The position numbers and the translations under genes are program-made. Source: Mobula hypostoma (lineage: Eukaryota). From it: a stretch of 64,000 bases of DNA. The DNA lies in assembly GCF_963921235.1 (NCBI RefSeq), contig NC_086097.1, positions 130,264,001-130,328,000 of the forward strand. The letters run 5' to 3'. This document shows positions 1 to 13,120 of the stretch, piece by piece. Below the pieces are notes generated by a model. That model searched no databases. It saw nothing but the letters and a program-made list of their open reading frames with translations, and was not told the origin of the DNA. The number at the start of each line of letters is the position of its first letter. The first letter of the stretch is position 1.

Positions 1-338
1 TGCAGAGCACTGCTGATGTATCAAATATGCAGATAAACCAAGTACCACCCCATCCTGTGCACTGATTGGCTGCCTGGCCTCTGACAAGGAGGACTGGGCT
101 GCAGACTGGATACCACCGACAGGTTTCATCTCAATCATGGAATAACTCCGGCATAGATGGAGGCCATTAAGCCAATTGACTCTGTACAGCTTCACACCAG
201 AACAATCCAGCCAGTACCATTCCTTCACTTTCCCCAGATTTATGTTTTTTTCCCTTTCAGGGGCAAAGTCAGCTCCATTCTGAATGCTACAATTGAATGT
301 ACCTTCACTCCAGTGCATTTCAGACCTGCTCTGTCTAA

Positions 339-1089
339 AGGCTGACTTATACTTTTGTGTCAAATGTACGCCGTAGGTACGGCATAGCCGCGAACCCTAC
401 GCTGTACTCTACGCCGAACCCCACGCCGTAGCCTAACGTGCACCTCTCCCAAAGTGTAACTACGAGTCGCGGCATCGCAGACCGCAACAACTGTGATTGG
501 TCCGCTTGGTAGCATCGCATTTCCTCCTACACTGCAATAGCTTCCCATTGGGCGACTGAAGGGCAGGGGAGGAACTCTGGCTGCAATGCTTTCCATAAAG
601 CTTTACAGACCTCCAAAATCATGGAGGACCCTGTGCTTGATGCCAGTTTGTAGCTAGCTGCTACAGCTTGTTGACTTCCACTTGAAACTAAAACTCAAAT
701 GGTGATTGCCAGTCTCTGAGTATACTGTGTGTACACTGATGCGAAATAAATGGTTGGAGACGATGAACCAAATCGTCAAATCTACCTGCCGACATCCGAA
801 AATATTTGAAATGCATTTCCTCGTCCATGTCTCTCAGTGGCCGGACAAGCACAGAAAATTCACAGACAGTTTCAGTCACCATTGTTTGAAGTTTGAGTTT
901 CTTCATGTTGAGTTTCAGCACGAAGAAACTCAACACAGTGGCATAGAAACCCCACCGCCAACTAGTACTTTGGCAGTGAATTGCAGAGAGACGCAGACAC
1001 ACCAACGCACAAGTATAAATGCTCACAACGGCGTAGCCCACTTGCGTAAGTTAGAGCGCAAGCTAGTATGCACAAGTATAAATCAGCCT
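339..1089 (-). mobile_element. Non-autonomous PIF/Harbinger DNA transposon with transposase remnant
   Basis: TIRs AGGCTGACTTATACTT (339-354) and AAGTATAAATCAGCCT (1074-1089), flanked by TAA and TAG (TWA-like 3-bp target). Minus-strand peptide [33 protein letters not shown] resembles the Harbinger/HARBI1 transposase N-terminal FxxYFRM motif. Confidence 0.8.
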
Positions 1090-1090
1090 T

Positions 1091-1440
1091 AGGACTGCAA
1101 GAAACTGAAGAGAGTGGTGAATACAGCACCAGTTCATCTTGCAAACCAATCTCTCCTCCATTGACTCTATCAACAGTTTCACTGTTTTGAGAAAGCAGCT
1201 ATCATAACAAGCACCATTTCCACCTCAGTCATTCTCTCCTGTCCCCTCTCCTGTTGAGCAGAAGATACAAAAGCCCAAGAGCATGTTCCACCAGGCTCAA
1301 AGAAAGCATCTATAACACTGTGAGAAGGAAACTTTATTTGCAAAATGATGAACTCTTGGTCTGCTAATCTACCCTGTCATGACCATCATACCTTATTTGT
1401 CTATCTGCACTGCACTTTCTTGGTAACTGCAACTATATCT
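1091..1440 (+). mobile_element. Rex1/Babar-like LINE 3' fragment (degenerate)
   Basis: gactgcaagaaactgaagagagtggtgaatacagc...caaaccaatctctcctccattgactct parallels the C-terminal coding region of the Rex1-like copy at ~9760-9990. Confidence 0.65.
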
Positions 1441-1553
1441 TTTATTTTTTATTTAGAGGTACAGCACGGAACAAGTCTTTCTGCCCAATGAGCCACATTG
1501 CCCAGAAACCCATCTAAATAACTCTAGTCTAATCACAGGATAATTTATAATGA

Positions 1554-1573
1554 TCTCTTTCTCTCTCTCTCTC

Positions 1574-1610
<37 letters not shown>

Positions 1611-1628
1611 ATATATATCCATATATAT
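1554..1628. repeat. (TC)n microsatellite followed by short (TA)n
   Basis: Directly visible dinucleotide runs. Confidence 0.95.
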
Positions 1629-2619
1629 GGATCACATATAATTGGGCCACAAAAAATTCCAATTCCAGTTCTAACAGATCAAAATTGGAGTAGTACAGAT
1701 TTGTCCAGAGGGAAAGTGGAGAGCTTATAGAGATAGGAAACTGAATGGAGGGAGCTGAAAACAAGCCTGAGAGTTGTGAGATATTGTCCCATGGCTGCTG
1801 GCATTCATGCATCATCACATACTGTAAGTAGCCCAATCTCCCTATGTCTCATCGATTCACAAACTGAATACAAACAGATTAAACCAGTGAGTTTCTCAGT
1901 ATTAGTTGTTTTACAACAAAGTCAATCTTTCCAAATAATTATCCATTGACTTCCGCTCATCAATTTTTTCCAGGGATCCTGAATCCTCTTTCCTCAATTT
2001 GCTCTGCACTGGTGTCAATATGCTTTCAGCTGTGTCCAGTCCTAATAAGGAACCATACAGTCAAAGCACATACCCATAAATTATAGTTTTATAATAGCTA
2101 CTTAAATAGTTCCAGGCTAATGAATAGCTCAAATCCTGAATACAACACCTGCCAATTTTTCTTTTTAAAAAAACCTGGTGGTTGTAACTTCTCTGCAAGG
2201 TGTTATTTCTGAAGTTCTGGTGCTAACATACTTTTTCTTTCCTGTGGAGGCATCATTTTTCATTCAGTTTAGTTCCGGGTGAACAATTTGGATCAGAAGA
2301 GAAGTAATGACTTGTTGGAGAAAAGGCCACTCGATACTAAACAGATACTTCCTCTCTTTTTGTTCAGCCCATGCACTGGGGAAATATTTTTTACATGGTT
2401 TTAATTTTATCCAGCAGTCATACTTCCCTTCTGGGAAAGTGAAAGGGGTTAAAAAAGACAGGGCTTTATGAGCTTGAGGAAGTTTGATCGATGACTGTGA
2501 TCCAATCTAGTGCAGGACAGGCAATGAAGACTGGTTCGGGAGAAGGCTAACAGTTTGGAAGTTTATGCTTGTGAGCTTATGCAACTACTAATGAGTTGGC
2601 CAGTAGTTAATGTGTGCCA

Positions 2620-2985
2620 CATAAAAGATGCTAGAGGAACTCAGCGAAGCAGGCTACATTTGTGGAGGGAAATGGACAGTCGTCAACCTTGATCTGGATT
2701 GAAAGCTAGAAGAAAGGTAGCCAGAATAAAGAGCAAGTACTGGTGGATCCAGTGTGGTGGAGTGATAGGCTGACAGAAGGGTCAAGTGACAGAGGCTGTA
2801 AGGTGATAGGTGAAGGCAACAAGGAACTGCAGATGTTGGTATCTGAAAGGTAAGCATGGGAAGAAATAAAGGAGGTGTGGTGGACAGAAAGGGATAGTGG
2901 GGGAGGAGTGTGTGGACGACAGGCAGATGGAGTTGGTGCAGGAGGGGAAGAAACAGGGTAAAGGGAGTGCTGGGGCAGGTGTAAA
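2620..2985 (-). mobile_element. Penelope-like element 3' end/pseudo-LTR fragment (degenerate)
   Basis: gatgctagaggaactcagc...gagggaaatggacagtcg followed by a purine-rich tract; reverse complement resembles 59040-59468. Confidence 0.6.
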
Positions 2986-4585
2986 TAGAACTTAGAACTT
3001 AGCACAGTATAGGCCCTTCCACTCACAATGTTGTATAAATCTTTTAACCTCCTCCAAGATCCATCTAGCTTTTGCTCCCACGTAGTGTTCCATTTTTCCA
3101 TCATTCATGTGTCTATCTAAGAGTGTCTTAAATCTCCCTAATGTATCTGCCCCTGGCAGCACACTCACTGCTCTCTATGCAAAAATCTTAACTCTGGCAT
3201 CCCTCTATACTTTCCTCTAATGACCTTAAAATGATACCTCCTCATATTAGCCACTTCCAACCTAGGGAAAAGCTGCTGGCTTTCAGTTCTATTTATATCT
3301 CTTATTATCTGATACATTCTATCAGGTCACCTCTCATCCTTCATTACGCCAAGGAGAAAAGCCCCAGTGCACTCAACATCTCATAAAACATGCTATTTAA
3401 ACTGGGCAGTATCCTGGCAAATCTCCTGTGCCCCTCTCTAAAACTTCCACATCCTTTCTATAAGCCAACCAGAAATGAGCATAATATTCCAAGTATGGTC
3501 TAACCAGAGTTATAGAACTGTAACATTTTATTGTGAGCTCTTGAACTCAGTCCCCCATCTGCTGAAGGCCAGGTCTCCAGACACCTATTAACTTATGTGG
3601 CAACTTTAAAGGACCCATGCAGCATGTATTTTCTTAGATAAGGGGCCCAAAACTGCTCACAATACTCCATGTGGTCTGAGCAAAGCCTATAAAGCCTCAG
3701 TTTCCTTCAGAATATCACTGGCATGGACCTCCAGGCAGAATACACTTCATCTACTACCATTCTCTGCCTTCTATGGAGAAGCCAATTCTGAATTCATACA
3801 GCCAAGTTTCCCTGGATCCCATGCCTCTTGGCTTTCTGATTGAGCCTACCATGGGAAACTTTGTCAAACGCCTTACTAAAATCCATATACACCACATACA
3901 TTGCTTTACCTTCATCAGTTTGTTTTGACAGTTCTGAAAAGAATTTAATCTGGTTCGTGAGAGACAACTTGCCCCTTACAATGCCATGCTGTCATTCCCT
4001 AATGAGACCATGCTTCTCCAAATGCACGTAAATCTTGCCTCTAATAATTCACTCTAAAAATTTGCCCATCACTGATGTAAGACACACTATCTTACAATTC
4101 CCAAATTTTTACCATTGATTCTCTTTCCTTGCTTCCCGTAGTAATCTGGGGCATATCTTGTCTTGCTCTGAAGATAGATCTATCCTAATGTTTTTCAAAA
4201 ATCCCAGCACATCCTCTTTCTTAAAGTCAACACATTCCAGCATATTAGCATACTCTAATTCATCAAGGTCCATCTCAATGGAGAATACTGAGGCACTCAT
4301 TAATCCCTGATTGGTCTTATCCCCCACTCTAGTTATCCTCCTATTCTTCACATACATGTCAAATGCTTTGGGATTTTCCTTAATCCTACTTACCAGGGAC
4401 TTCTCATATCCCCTTCTAGCTCTCCTGCCCCTTTTTAAGCTCCTCCTGGTTACCTTATAAGATTCCTGCCTGATCCTTACTTCCTAAACTTTAAGTATGT
4501 GGCTTTCTTCCTGTTGACTAGATGTTCCAATTCTCTTGTTCCTTCACCCTGCCATTCTTTCCCTGCCTGAATGGAACAAACCTAC
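2986..4585 (-). mobile_element. Degenerate CR1-type LINE fragments
   Basis: Starts with a tandem tail (tagaacttagaact). Motifs such as gggaaactttgtcaaacgccttactaaaatccatatac (DFSKAFDKVP on minus strand) and KKEDVLGFLKNIRIDLSSEQDKICPRLLREA match CR1 ORF2 seen at 36.4-39.5 kb. Confidence 0.7.
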
Positions 4586-4589
4586 ACAA

Positions 4590-4808
4590 CATGCAGGAGG
4601 AATTGGACAGATCAGGAGAAGAGATAAAAGTGACAGAGGGGGAGCAAATTGCTTGAAGTTAGAGAATTTATTGCACATGTCCTTGGGTTATAGACCACCC
4701 AGACAGAATATGAGGTGTTGTACAGTATATTGCCTGACCTGCTGAGTTCCTTCAGTTTCTTGTGTGCTGCTCCACATTCCAGCATTTGCAGTCTCTTGTG
4801 TCTCCATT
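4590..4808. mobile_element. Penelope-like fragments in inverted arrangement
   Basis: Minus-strand piece similar to 58950-59030 joined to a plus-strand pLTR tail (gcctgacctgctgagttcc...tccagcatttgcagtctcttgt). Confidence 0.55.
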
Positions 4809-5681
4809 TTAATGTGCCTTAACTGACAGCATGACAGTAGAAAAGCATTCAGGCTGAAAAGCTCACTCTTTTCTAAGCCAAAATTCAAAGTATGTGGCCC
4901 ACTAGGAAAGGAAGGAGAAGTTATATGTGGGAGCAGATCATCTAGCAGAAAGTTGTGATGTGTTTATGCTCCAGCTGGAAACTTTCACCCAGTGGAAATG
5001 TTTACCGAATGGCGTTTAGCCACCTTTCTACACTGGGACGAAGTGAAAACAGCTGCCTCTCTCTCCATTTCTGCTCCTCCTACCCCACTCCGTATGAAAG
5101 GAGTCTTCCACTTGCTTTGGGCAGGAGTGTTTGTGATCAATTAGAAACCATTTAGAATTGGCTTTAGGTTGTCCAAATGGCTGTTGACCAACTGGCTTGG
5201 GATATTGATTTGTCTTCTGATCTAATTGCTAAACTTGTGGCATTGGAACAAAATTGCTAGAACAAGGTTCTGTACAGGTATTTTACACCAACCTTCCTTT
5301 GATAATTACTTGTAAGCAGTGATGTTGAAAATCACCCTCTTTTCAGCTCCGTTAAAACAAATTTTGAAATGATTCATTTTTTGTTCATTCATGGGATATG
5401 GGCAACATTAGCTGGAATGTACCTCTAATTACCTTCGATTGGGATATGTTGCTAGACCGTTTCAGGGCGTTTTGGCATTGGTTTATTATTATCATATGTA
5501 CTGTGATACAGTGAAAAACTTTTGTTTGTGTTCCAGCCAGACAGATCCTGTCATATATAAGTGCATCCAGGTAGTAAAAAGAAAACAGAATGCAGAATAT
5601 ACAGTAGTGTCCCAAGTATAGAGAAAGTGTGGTGCAGGAAACAAGTAAGATGTAAAGGCCATGATGAAATACATTGGGGAA

Positions 5682-5945
5682 GCACGGTAGCATAGCAGTT
5701 TGTGTAACGCTATCACAGTCCCAGCGATCTGAGTTCAATTCCTGCATTGTCTGCAAAGAGTTTGCCTGTTCACCCCATGACTGCATGTGTTTCCTCTGGG
5801 TGCTCCAGTTTCCTCCCACATTCCAAAGACATACGGATTAGTAGGTTATTTTCTAACATGGGTGTAATTGGGTGGTATGAGTTCATCGGCTGGGAGGGGC
5901 CTGCTACCGTGCTGCATCTCTAAGTATCTAACTAACAAATAAATA
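5682..5945 (+). mobile_element. tRNA-derived V-SINE/HE1-like SINE
   Basis: A/B-box-like head (cacggtagcatagcagtt...gagttcaattcc) plus the core gtttcctctgggtgctccagtttcctcccacattccaaagacatacgg. Confidence 0.7.
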
Positions 5946-7868
5946 AATAGACTGGGAGATCAAGAGTTCATGTTTAGCACAGGACAGTTCCATTCAAGAG
6001 TCCGATAACACTGGGATGCAAGCTGGACTTGAGTGTGGTGGTACATGTTCTCCATCTTTTGTACCTTCCACTGATGGGAGAAGGGAGAAAGGAGGATATC
6101 TAGTGTGTGAGGCAGTAAGAACCAATATCCTATCGGCCAGGATGGTAGGTAAGGTAGTACTGGGTGGGTTCATTTTCACCATTACAGTAATTCCAAACTT
6201 ATTGAATCACTTGAATATAAGTTCTTCATTAGTGGTGGTAGATTCAAGCTGATATTTGCAATCGATCATCCAGGCCTTTGGAGACTAGTCCAGTAACCTA
6301 ACTATTATACTCCTGCATGTAACTGCATTGTATAAAATCTGAATGGTGAGAACAGCAACACCCTGGTCTCCTTTAGAGGCAGTGGACTTCATCTGTAGGA
6401 ATTTGTAATGATGTTTTGGGTAACAACACTGTGATGGCTTTACCCTGATGCCTTGCTGTGCTTCTGATACCAACTGGCCTTAAGAATAAATCCAGAAAAG
6501 AATAGCAAGAATTCTGTTTGGAGATACATAGATATAATATTGCAGTGTAATCTAACATTACATTGTGCTGTGTAGGGAATCCTTCAGTGTTTTCTAGCTT
6601 AACTCCAAGGTGCCCTTTTGTAACATTGAAACATACATACAGTGTGTAGTAGGATTAAGGTTTTCTTGTTTCTACTCCAGGTACATTGAGATCAGTTCCT
6701 GTGCTCAGACCATTCCCCTGGTTGGGGCAAATAAACTAATAATTGAACTTCAATACTAATGCTGTACAGCTGAGACCCACCATTAAATCTACTGACGCTG
6801 TTTGGGCATGTGGAAAGATGGGAATATTGCTTTCTTCTTCATGAACCTTTCTAGTCACTACAAATATTCCAGACAATTGTGGCTTCCAGCTATCATGGGC
6901 GTTGTATTAAAACTTATTACCAGGATAATTATGGACAAATAGGCTTAGGAACTTAATTAATGCACCAGCCGGTGAGGCTATTAAATGAATTGAGGTACAC
7001 ATCTGTTGGGTTTGCCATTGCAAAGATGATTGGTGCTTTTCCTCTCATTCTTGTACTATTATAGTGGAAAGGTATAGAGCAGAGCAAAAGTTCTTCCTAC
7101 CCAATTCTTCCTACACAAGCAAATTCTTCCTACCCATTAACTACTCATACCCACACACAAAAGCAGCCTGAACTCTGTATGATACTCACAATTGCCTTGA
7201 TCACACACACGCCATGAAGAGAAATTATTATTCACCCTATTATTAAGAAGGTGATGATAGCCAGTGATTAATTGAATGGCTGTGCCAATAGACAAGCACA
7301 AAAACTATGAGTTGATTGGTTCTGTAAGTGTTATACTATGGTTCAATGTTTGTGCCAGAAAATGAACCAATGAAAACGATTCTTGTTCATACATGGAAGG
7401 ACTTGATATCTGCCAGTATGTTGGTATTCCTGCACCAATAAAACCACATTGAGGTGACAAACAATTTTCATTGAGAAATTTCTTGTTGTGTAAATTAAAC
7501 CTGGCAACTACAATAATCTGTTTTTCACTTTTACTCAAGATCAGTGGAAGAGGTTTTTTTTGTTTTGAAACAAAGTTAAAGAAATACAGGAAGCCTTTGT
7601 TAGTCAATGCTCTTATTCTTTTGAAGTTTAATTACAAAGTGAGGAAGTCATTACTTTGAGTTAACTAGTGCTATAGAAATGATTTACAACCAGGGCGTGC
7701 TCTACTTAGATACATCTCCAGGAATGCCTGTTGTTTTCACTCTGAACAAACGAAGCTTCTGCCAATTACAATGCTGAGGTGATGATCTTCCTCAGCTGGA
7801 GTATCATTAATTCACTTTCCCTGATCAGTTTGGAAAGACTCAATATTAGATGCAATATTAGTATAGGG

Positions 7869-7945
7869 CAGGGGTTCCCAACCTGGGTCCACAGCCCTTT
7901 GCTTAATAGTATTGGTCCATGGCATAAAAAAGGTTGGGAGCCCAG
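7869..7945. mobile_element. 77-bp hAT (Charlie-type) MITE
   Basis: TIRs CAGGGGTTCCCAACCT / AGGTTGGGAGCCCAG; 8-bp TSD GTATAGGG (7861-7868) vs GTATAGAG (7946-7953), one mismatch. Confidence 0.8.
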
Positions 7946-7954
7946 GTATAGAGT

Positions 7955-8258
7955 TATACAGCACAAAAACAAGCCATTTGTCTATTGAGTCTACACCAAC
8001 CCATTTACCTATCCATCAAATCCTATATCAATTTTTTTCCCACATCCTAATAAACTTCGCCTGGTTTCTGCCATTGATCTAAATGCTCGGGGTAAGTTAT
8101 AATGACAAATTAACCTCCGTTTTTGGGATGTGAGACGAAAGTTGAGCATCCGGAGGAAATCAAGACGGTCATGTGGAGAGTGTACATAATTCACATAGGC
8201 AGCACCCAAGGTCAGGATTGAACCTACGTCTCTGGTGCCATGAGAGAGCCGCTCTAAA
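7955..8258 (-). mobile_element. V-SINE/HE1-like SINE
   Basis: ttttgggatgtgagacgaaagttgagcatccggaggaaatc...gtcaggattgaacct is the reverse complement of the V-core and B box. Confidence 0.6.
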
Positions 8259-8259
8259 G

Positions 8260-8540
8260 AGAGTGCTGTTCAGTCGGAGATGCTGGTCTTTAGGTGTGAT
8301 TGAGCTTCATCTGTTCTCCTAGTTGAATGTAAGGGGAAAGAAGGACTTATCCCAATTATCCTGGTAAATATTTATCACCCAGTAAACTACATACTGCACA
8401 TTGCATCGCTGTATATGGGAACTTGCTGTGCACAAATTGGCTGCCACATTTTCCTCATCATTGCAATGACTAAACTTCAAATGTGGCTGTAAAGCACTTT
8501 GGGACATCTTGAAAAGGACATAAAAGGTTTTATTATTATG
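8260..8540 (+). mobile_element. Deu-domain SINE (SacSINE1/AmnSINE1-like)
   Basis: tcctggtaaatatttatc...gggaacttgctgtgcacaaattggctgccacattt...ggctgtaaagcactttgggacatcttga. Related pieces at ~18740-18950 (-), ~29180-29330 (+), ~52740-53070 (+) and ~59890-59980 (-). Confidence 0.6.
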
Positions 8541-8579
8541 GGCCTTTCTTCCTTTAAAATTCTAATCCTTCTTTGTAAA

Positions 8580-10234
8580 GAGGGAGCGTCCTGCTCCCTC
8601 CGGATGAACCGGACCTGGTGGCATTGAGATTCATCTTCACCAAGGAGGACGCTAGAAGGGCCTTCCTGAAGATAAATCCGAGGAAGGCGATAGGCCCAGA
8701 TGGCGTCCTGGGACGGGTTCTCCGGGCCTGTGCGAGTGAGCTAGCTGGAGTGTTTGCTGACATCTTCAACTGCTCCTTGCTTCAGTCTAAGATCTCCTCA
8801 TGTTTTAAGAAGGCAACGATAATCCCGGTGCCGAAGAAGAGCAAGGTGGCATGCCTGAATGACTATCGACCTGTGGCTCTGACATCAATTCCTATGAAGT
8901 GCTTCGAGCGATTGGTTATGGCACACATCAACCACAGCCTACCGGTCAAGCTCGATGCTTTGCAATTCACCTACCGGAGCAACAGGTCAACGTCAGATGC
9001 CATCTCTCTGGCCCTACATTCCTCCTTAAAACACATGGAGAATAAAGACGCATATGCAAGGCTCCTTTTCATTGACTACAGCTCTACCTTTAATACCATC
9101 ATTCCAAATAAACTGATTTCTAAACTCCGGAACCCGGGCCTTAGCACTCAGATCTGCAGCTGGATCTTCAACTTCCTCACAGACAGGACCCAGGCTGTAA
9201 AAATAGTGGACAAGCTCTCTTCTACAATCACTCTGAACACCGGTGCCCCACAAGGCTCTGTACTCAGCCCCCTGCTGTACTCACTGTACACCCATGATTG
9301 TGTAGCCAAGTTTCCATCGAACTCAATATATAAGTTTGCTGATAACACCACAGTTGTAGGCCGTATCTCGGGTAATGATGAGTTTGAGTACAGAGAGGAA
9401 ATTAAGAACCTGGTGGCATGGTGCGAAGACAATAACCTATCCCTCAATGTCAGCAAGTCGAAGGAATTGGTTGTTGACTTCAGAAGGAGTAGCAGATCGC
9501 ACGACCCCATTTACATCAGTGGTGCACAAGTGGAACAGGTCAAAAGCTTTAAGTTCCTCGGGGTCAATATCACAAATGACCTGACTTGGTCCAACCAAGC
9601 AGAGTCCACTGCGAAGAAGGCCCACCAGCGCCTTTACTTCCTGAGAAAGCTAAAGAAATTTGGCCTGTCCCCTAAAACCTTCACTAATTTTTATAGATGC
9701 ACTGTAGAAAGCATTCTTCTGGGGTGCATCACAACCTGGTATGGAAGTTGTCCTGTCCAAGACTGGAAGAAGCTGCAGAAGATTGTAAACACAGTCCAGC
9801 ATATCACACAAACCAATCTTCCGTCCTTGGACTCACTTTACACCGCATGCTGATGGAGCAGTGCTGCCAGGATAATCAAGGACATGACCCACCCAGCCAA
9901 CACGCTTTTCATCCCTCTTCCCTCCGGAAGAAGGCTCAGGAGCTTGAAGACTCGTACGGCCAGATTTGGGAACAGCTTCTTTCCAACTGTGATAAGACTG
10001 CTGAACGGATCCTGACCCGGATCTGGGCCGTACCCTCCAAATATCCGGACCTGCCTCTCGGTTTTTTGCACTACCTTACTTTCCCTTTTCTATTTTCTAT
10101 TTATGATTTATAATTTAAATTTTTACTATTTACTATTGATTTGTACTCCATGGAGCGCGAAGCGCAGAATTAGATATCACTATGATGATTGTACGCTCCA
10201 GTATCAATTGTTTGGCAGCAATAAAGTAAAGTAA
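8580..10234 (+). mobile_element. Rex1/Babar-clade LINE, 5'-truncated, relatively young
   Basis: 411-aa uninterrupted RT frame 8618-9853, then a 3' UTR ending caataaagtaaagtaaa (tandem-repeat tail). Confidence 0.9.
8618..9853 (+). pseudogene. Reverse transcriptase remnant of the Rex1/Babar LINE
   Basis: KAIGPDG, LNDYRPVALTS, LFIDYSSTFNTI, GAPQGSVLSPLLY, KFADNTT (catalytic DD changed to DN), FKFLGV. No endonuclease domain or true start. Confidence 0.9.
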
Positions 10235-11029
10235 ATCTCTCTGTGGTCCTGCCCTTTCCTTCTATCTTCTTGCAGACTGTCAAGCTACGAGATTCATTTT
10301 CCATTTCTCAGTTGCTGAGAACTTATGCTCCAGAATATCCTTCCCAACTTCTCTGCCTCCCTATATTTTTCATGCTTCAGGAGGCATCCTAAGCTCACTT
10401 CTTTGACCAAACTTTGGCTAGAACATCCCTGTATGGTTTAGTATCAAACCTTGTTTGATAATGGCGCTTGTGAAGGTCTTTGGAGCATGTTGTTCCGATA
10501 CAAGTGTTGCATACATGCAAGATGCTGCAGATTAAGTCGATCAATTTGTGTAGAAAGTAAGCCAATGTGACTCGTCCCTGATACATTATAGAGAGAGCTG
10601 TTAAGCACATAATGTTAGACCATCTTATCCTCTATAATTTGTGGCAGTAGCCTATAAAGTGCTGTTTATATAGTCTTGTGGTATTTGAGGTTACTCCTAA
10701 ACTTTGTTTTCATGGAACTTTCACCTGCCTGTTAACATCTGATAATCCGATTGTCAACAGGCTGTGTAATTCATGCAACCATCCAGCTGGATGTTGAATA
10801 AAGTGGTGGAAATAATTATTACTGTTGAGGGAACTTGGATTAAGTTGACATTTAATGCTTACATTGGCACAGGGCAATACCCAGTGGGTATTAGTGCTAC
10901 ACTATTTCTGTTCAGGAGCGCCTACCAATTCCAAATTTGAATGAATATTAAAGTTTGCTATCCTTGGACTTAAATACACCAGTAGAAGGATTAGAGGGGG
11001 ATTACAGAGGCCCAGAGTCACACAATTAT

Positions 11030-12290
11030 GCAGCTTCGAAACAGGCCCTTCAGCCCATCTTTTCCATGCCAACTAAGGTTCTAACCTGAGCTAGTCCCAT
11101 TTGTCTGAATTGGCCTTTATCACTCTTAACCTTTTCTATCCATTTTCCTGTCCAAACGTCTTTTAGACTTTGTACCTGTTCCCATCTCTACCCCTTCCTC
11201 TGGCAGCTTATCCCTTCTACACAATAGCCTCTGGGTGAAAAACCTGCTACTCACCTTAAACGTTTGCCCTCTACTTTTAGAGCGAGAAAATCATTGTGAA
11301 CATATTGTGGGGAAAGATTTTCACATGTAGGTTAGCGATGGTCGAGAAATCCTTAGTGATATTGGTCGATATCCTTTTCTCTTTTAAAAACATAGAAGCT
11401 GGGAGTCAACCTGCATAGAAATGGGCTCTTCGGCCCACTGAGTCTGCTCTGACCATCATGTACCCATCTGCGCTAAGCCTGTTATATTGCCTTCACGTTT
11501 CCATCAGATCCCCTCAGATTCTACCATCCACCTGTATACTAGAAACAATCTACAGCAGCCATTTAACCCTCATACTTTGGGATGTGGGAGGTAACTGAAG
11601 CGTCCAGGGTAAAAAAACCATAAAATCGTGAGTTCTAGGAGCATTATTTGACCCATCATGTCTGCTCCGCAATTTCATCATGACTGATCCATTTTTCTCT
11701 CAGCCCCAATCTCCTGCCTTCTCCTAATATCCCTTCATGCCCTCACTAATCAAGAATTTATCCACCACTGAAGAACTCTAAACAGATTTGAACGAGAGTG
11801 GCTGGAGCTCTAAAAGCTGCTTCAGTACACTGTGTGATCTTGAGAAGCTGTGACTTGCAGGACTACAGGCAGAATGCCAAAAAGTGGGATTACATTGGGT
11901 AGAGTCACAGAGACATAGAGTCATACTGCACAGAATCTGTCCCTTCAGCCTAACTCGTTCATGCCAATCAAGATGCCCATCTAACTTAGTCCAGTTTGTC
12001 CGCACTTGGTCCTTATCACTTTAAGGGTTTTCCTATCCATGTCTCTGTCCAATTGATTTTTAGATTGTGTTATTGTACCTGCGCCAATCACTTCCTCTGG
12101 CAGCTTGTTCCAAATACATACCATCCTCAGCATGAAGAAGTTGCCTGTTGGATCCCTTTTAAATCTTTCCCTTCTCACCTTTATACTATATCCTTGCATT
12201 TTTGATTCCCTTTTTCTAGGAAAAAGACTAACTATCCCTGTAATCTTATGCCAATTATAATTTTATAAATCTCTATGTCAACCCTCAGCT
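11030..12290 (-). mobile_element. Cluster of degenerate CR1 3' ends and a V-SINE
   Basis: QGYSIKVRRERFKRDPTGNFFMLRMVCIWNKLPEEVI (11981-12199) is the CR1 ORF2 C-terminus; SINE core ctttgggatgtgggaggtaactgaagc at ~11575. Confidence 0.6.
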
Positions 12291-13120
12291 ATTACACTGA
12301 TGGCTCACAATTAAAGAATCTATCCTATTCACCCTAACTCTGACCCTACATAGATGAGTAGTTTTATTTCTACATGATGTTCTATGATTTGATAAATCCC
12401 AGGAAAAGGAAAGGCTGAAGATAAAGGTAAGTAGAGCAATGTCCCCAAGAATAACAGTGTTTAAACTTCTGATGAAATCAAATGATTTCTAAGAAAGCAG
12501 TTGGCGGTAGCTTTCAGAAAATGAGCACGCAGAGAGGGATATGCATAAAGAACCACTTACTTTGTACTGACTGACTAGAGCCTTGCTAGAGGTTTGTCTC
12601 ATGTGGCTGTGATACCAAAGAGATGGCCACTGGACGCTGACACTGTACGTAACAAAATCCAAATACAATCAGCAGTTTGTAGCTGAAACTTCTAACTGTG
12701 GTCTAACAGAAATCTTGATACAATATATGCTTTAGGGAAGGAAATCAGCTGTACCTACTCAGTCTAGTCTTACTGATCTACAAGTCCAGACCCACAGCAA
12801 AGTGGTTAATTCTGAGCTGTCCTCTGAACAGGCCGAGCCAGCCACAGCATTGGTTCACAAACCACCTTGCAACCTCACTTCAAGGCTCCAACAGTTTATG
12901 AAGGGGATTCACCACCACACTCTCGATGGCAGTTAGAGATGTGTGTTGCCTGTGTGGGTCATGGTATGTGGATGGGTGAAAGTTTGAACAGAAGAGGAGA
13001 GAGAATAAAATGAACAGAAATTGATTTGAAAGGGGTCCGAACCTAAACATCATTGGGTAAGACATTTTTAAAGGAGATGGGGAAATTGAAGGGCCAGATG
13101 CTGTTTACAAACGAGGATTA

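Noticed and set aside
5682..5745. tRNA-like A/B boxes (also ~50196-50250)
   Set aside because: SINE heads; no full cloverleaf or anticodon arm.
6661..6760. Strong acceptor-like ttttcttgtttctactccag
   Set aside because: No convincing downstream donor, and all frames close within about 26 codons.
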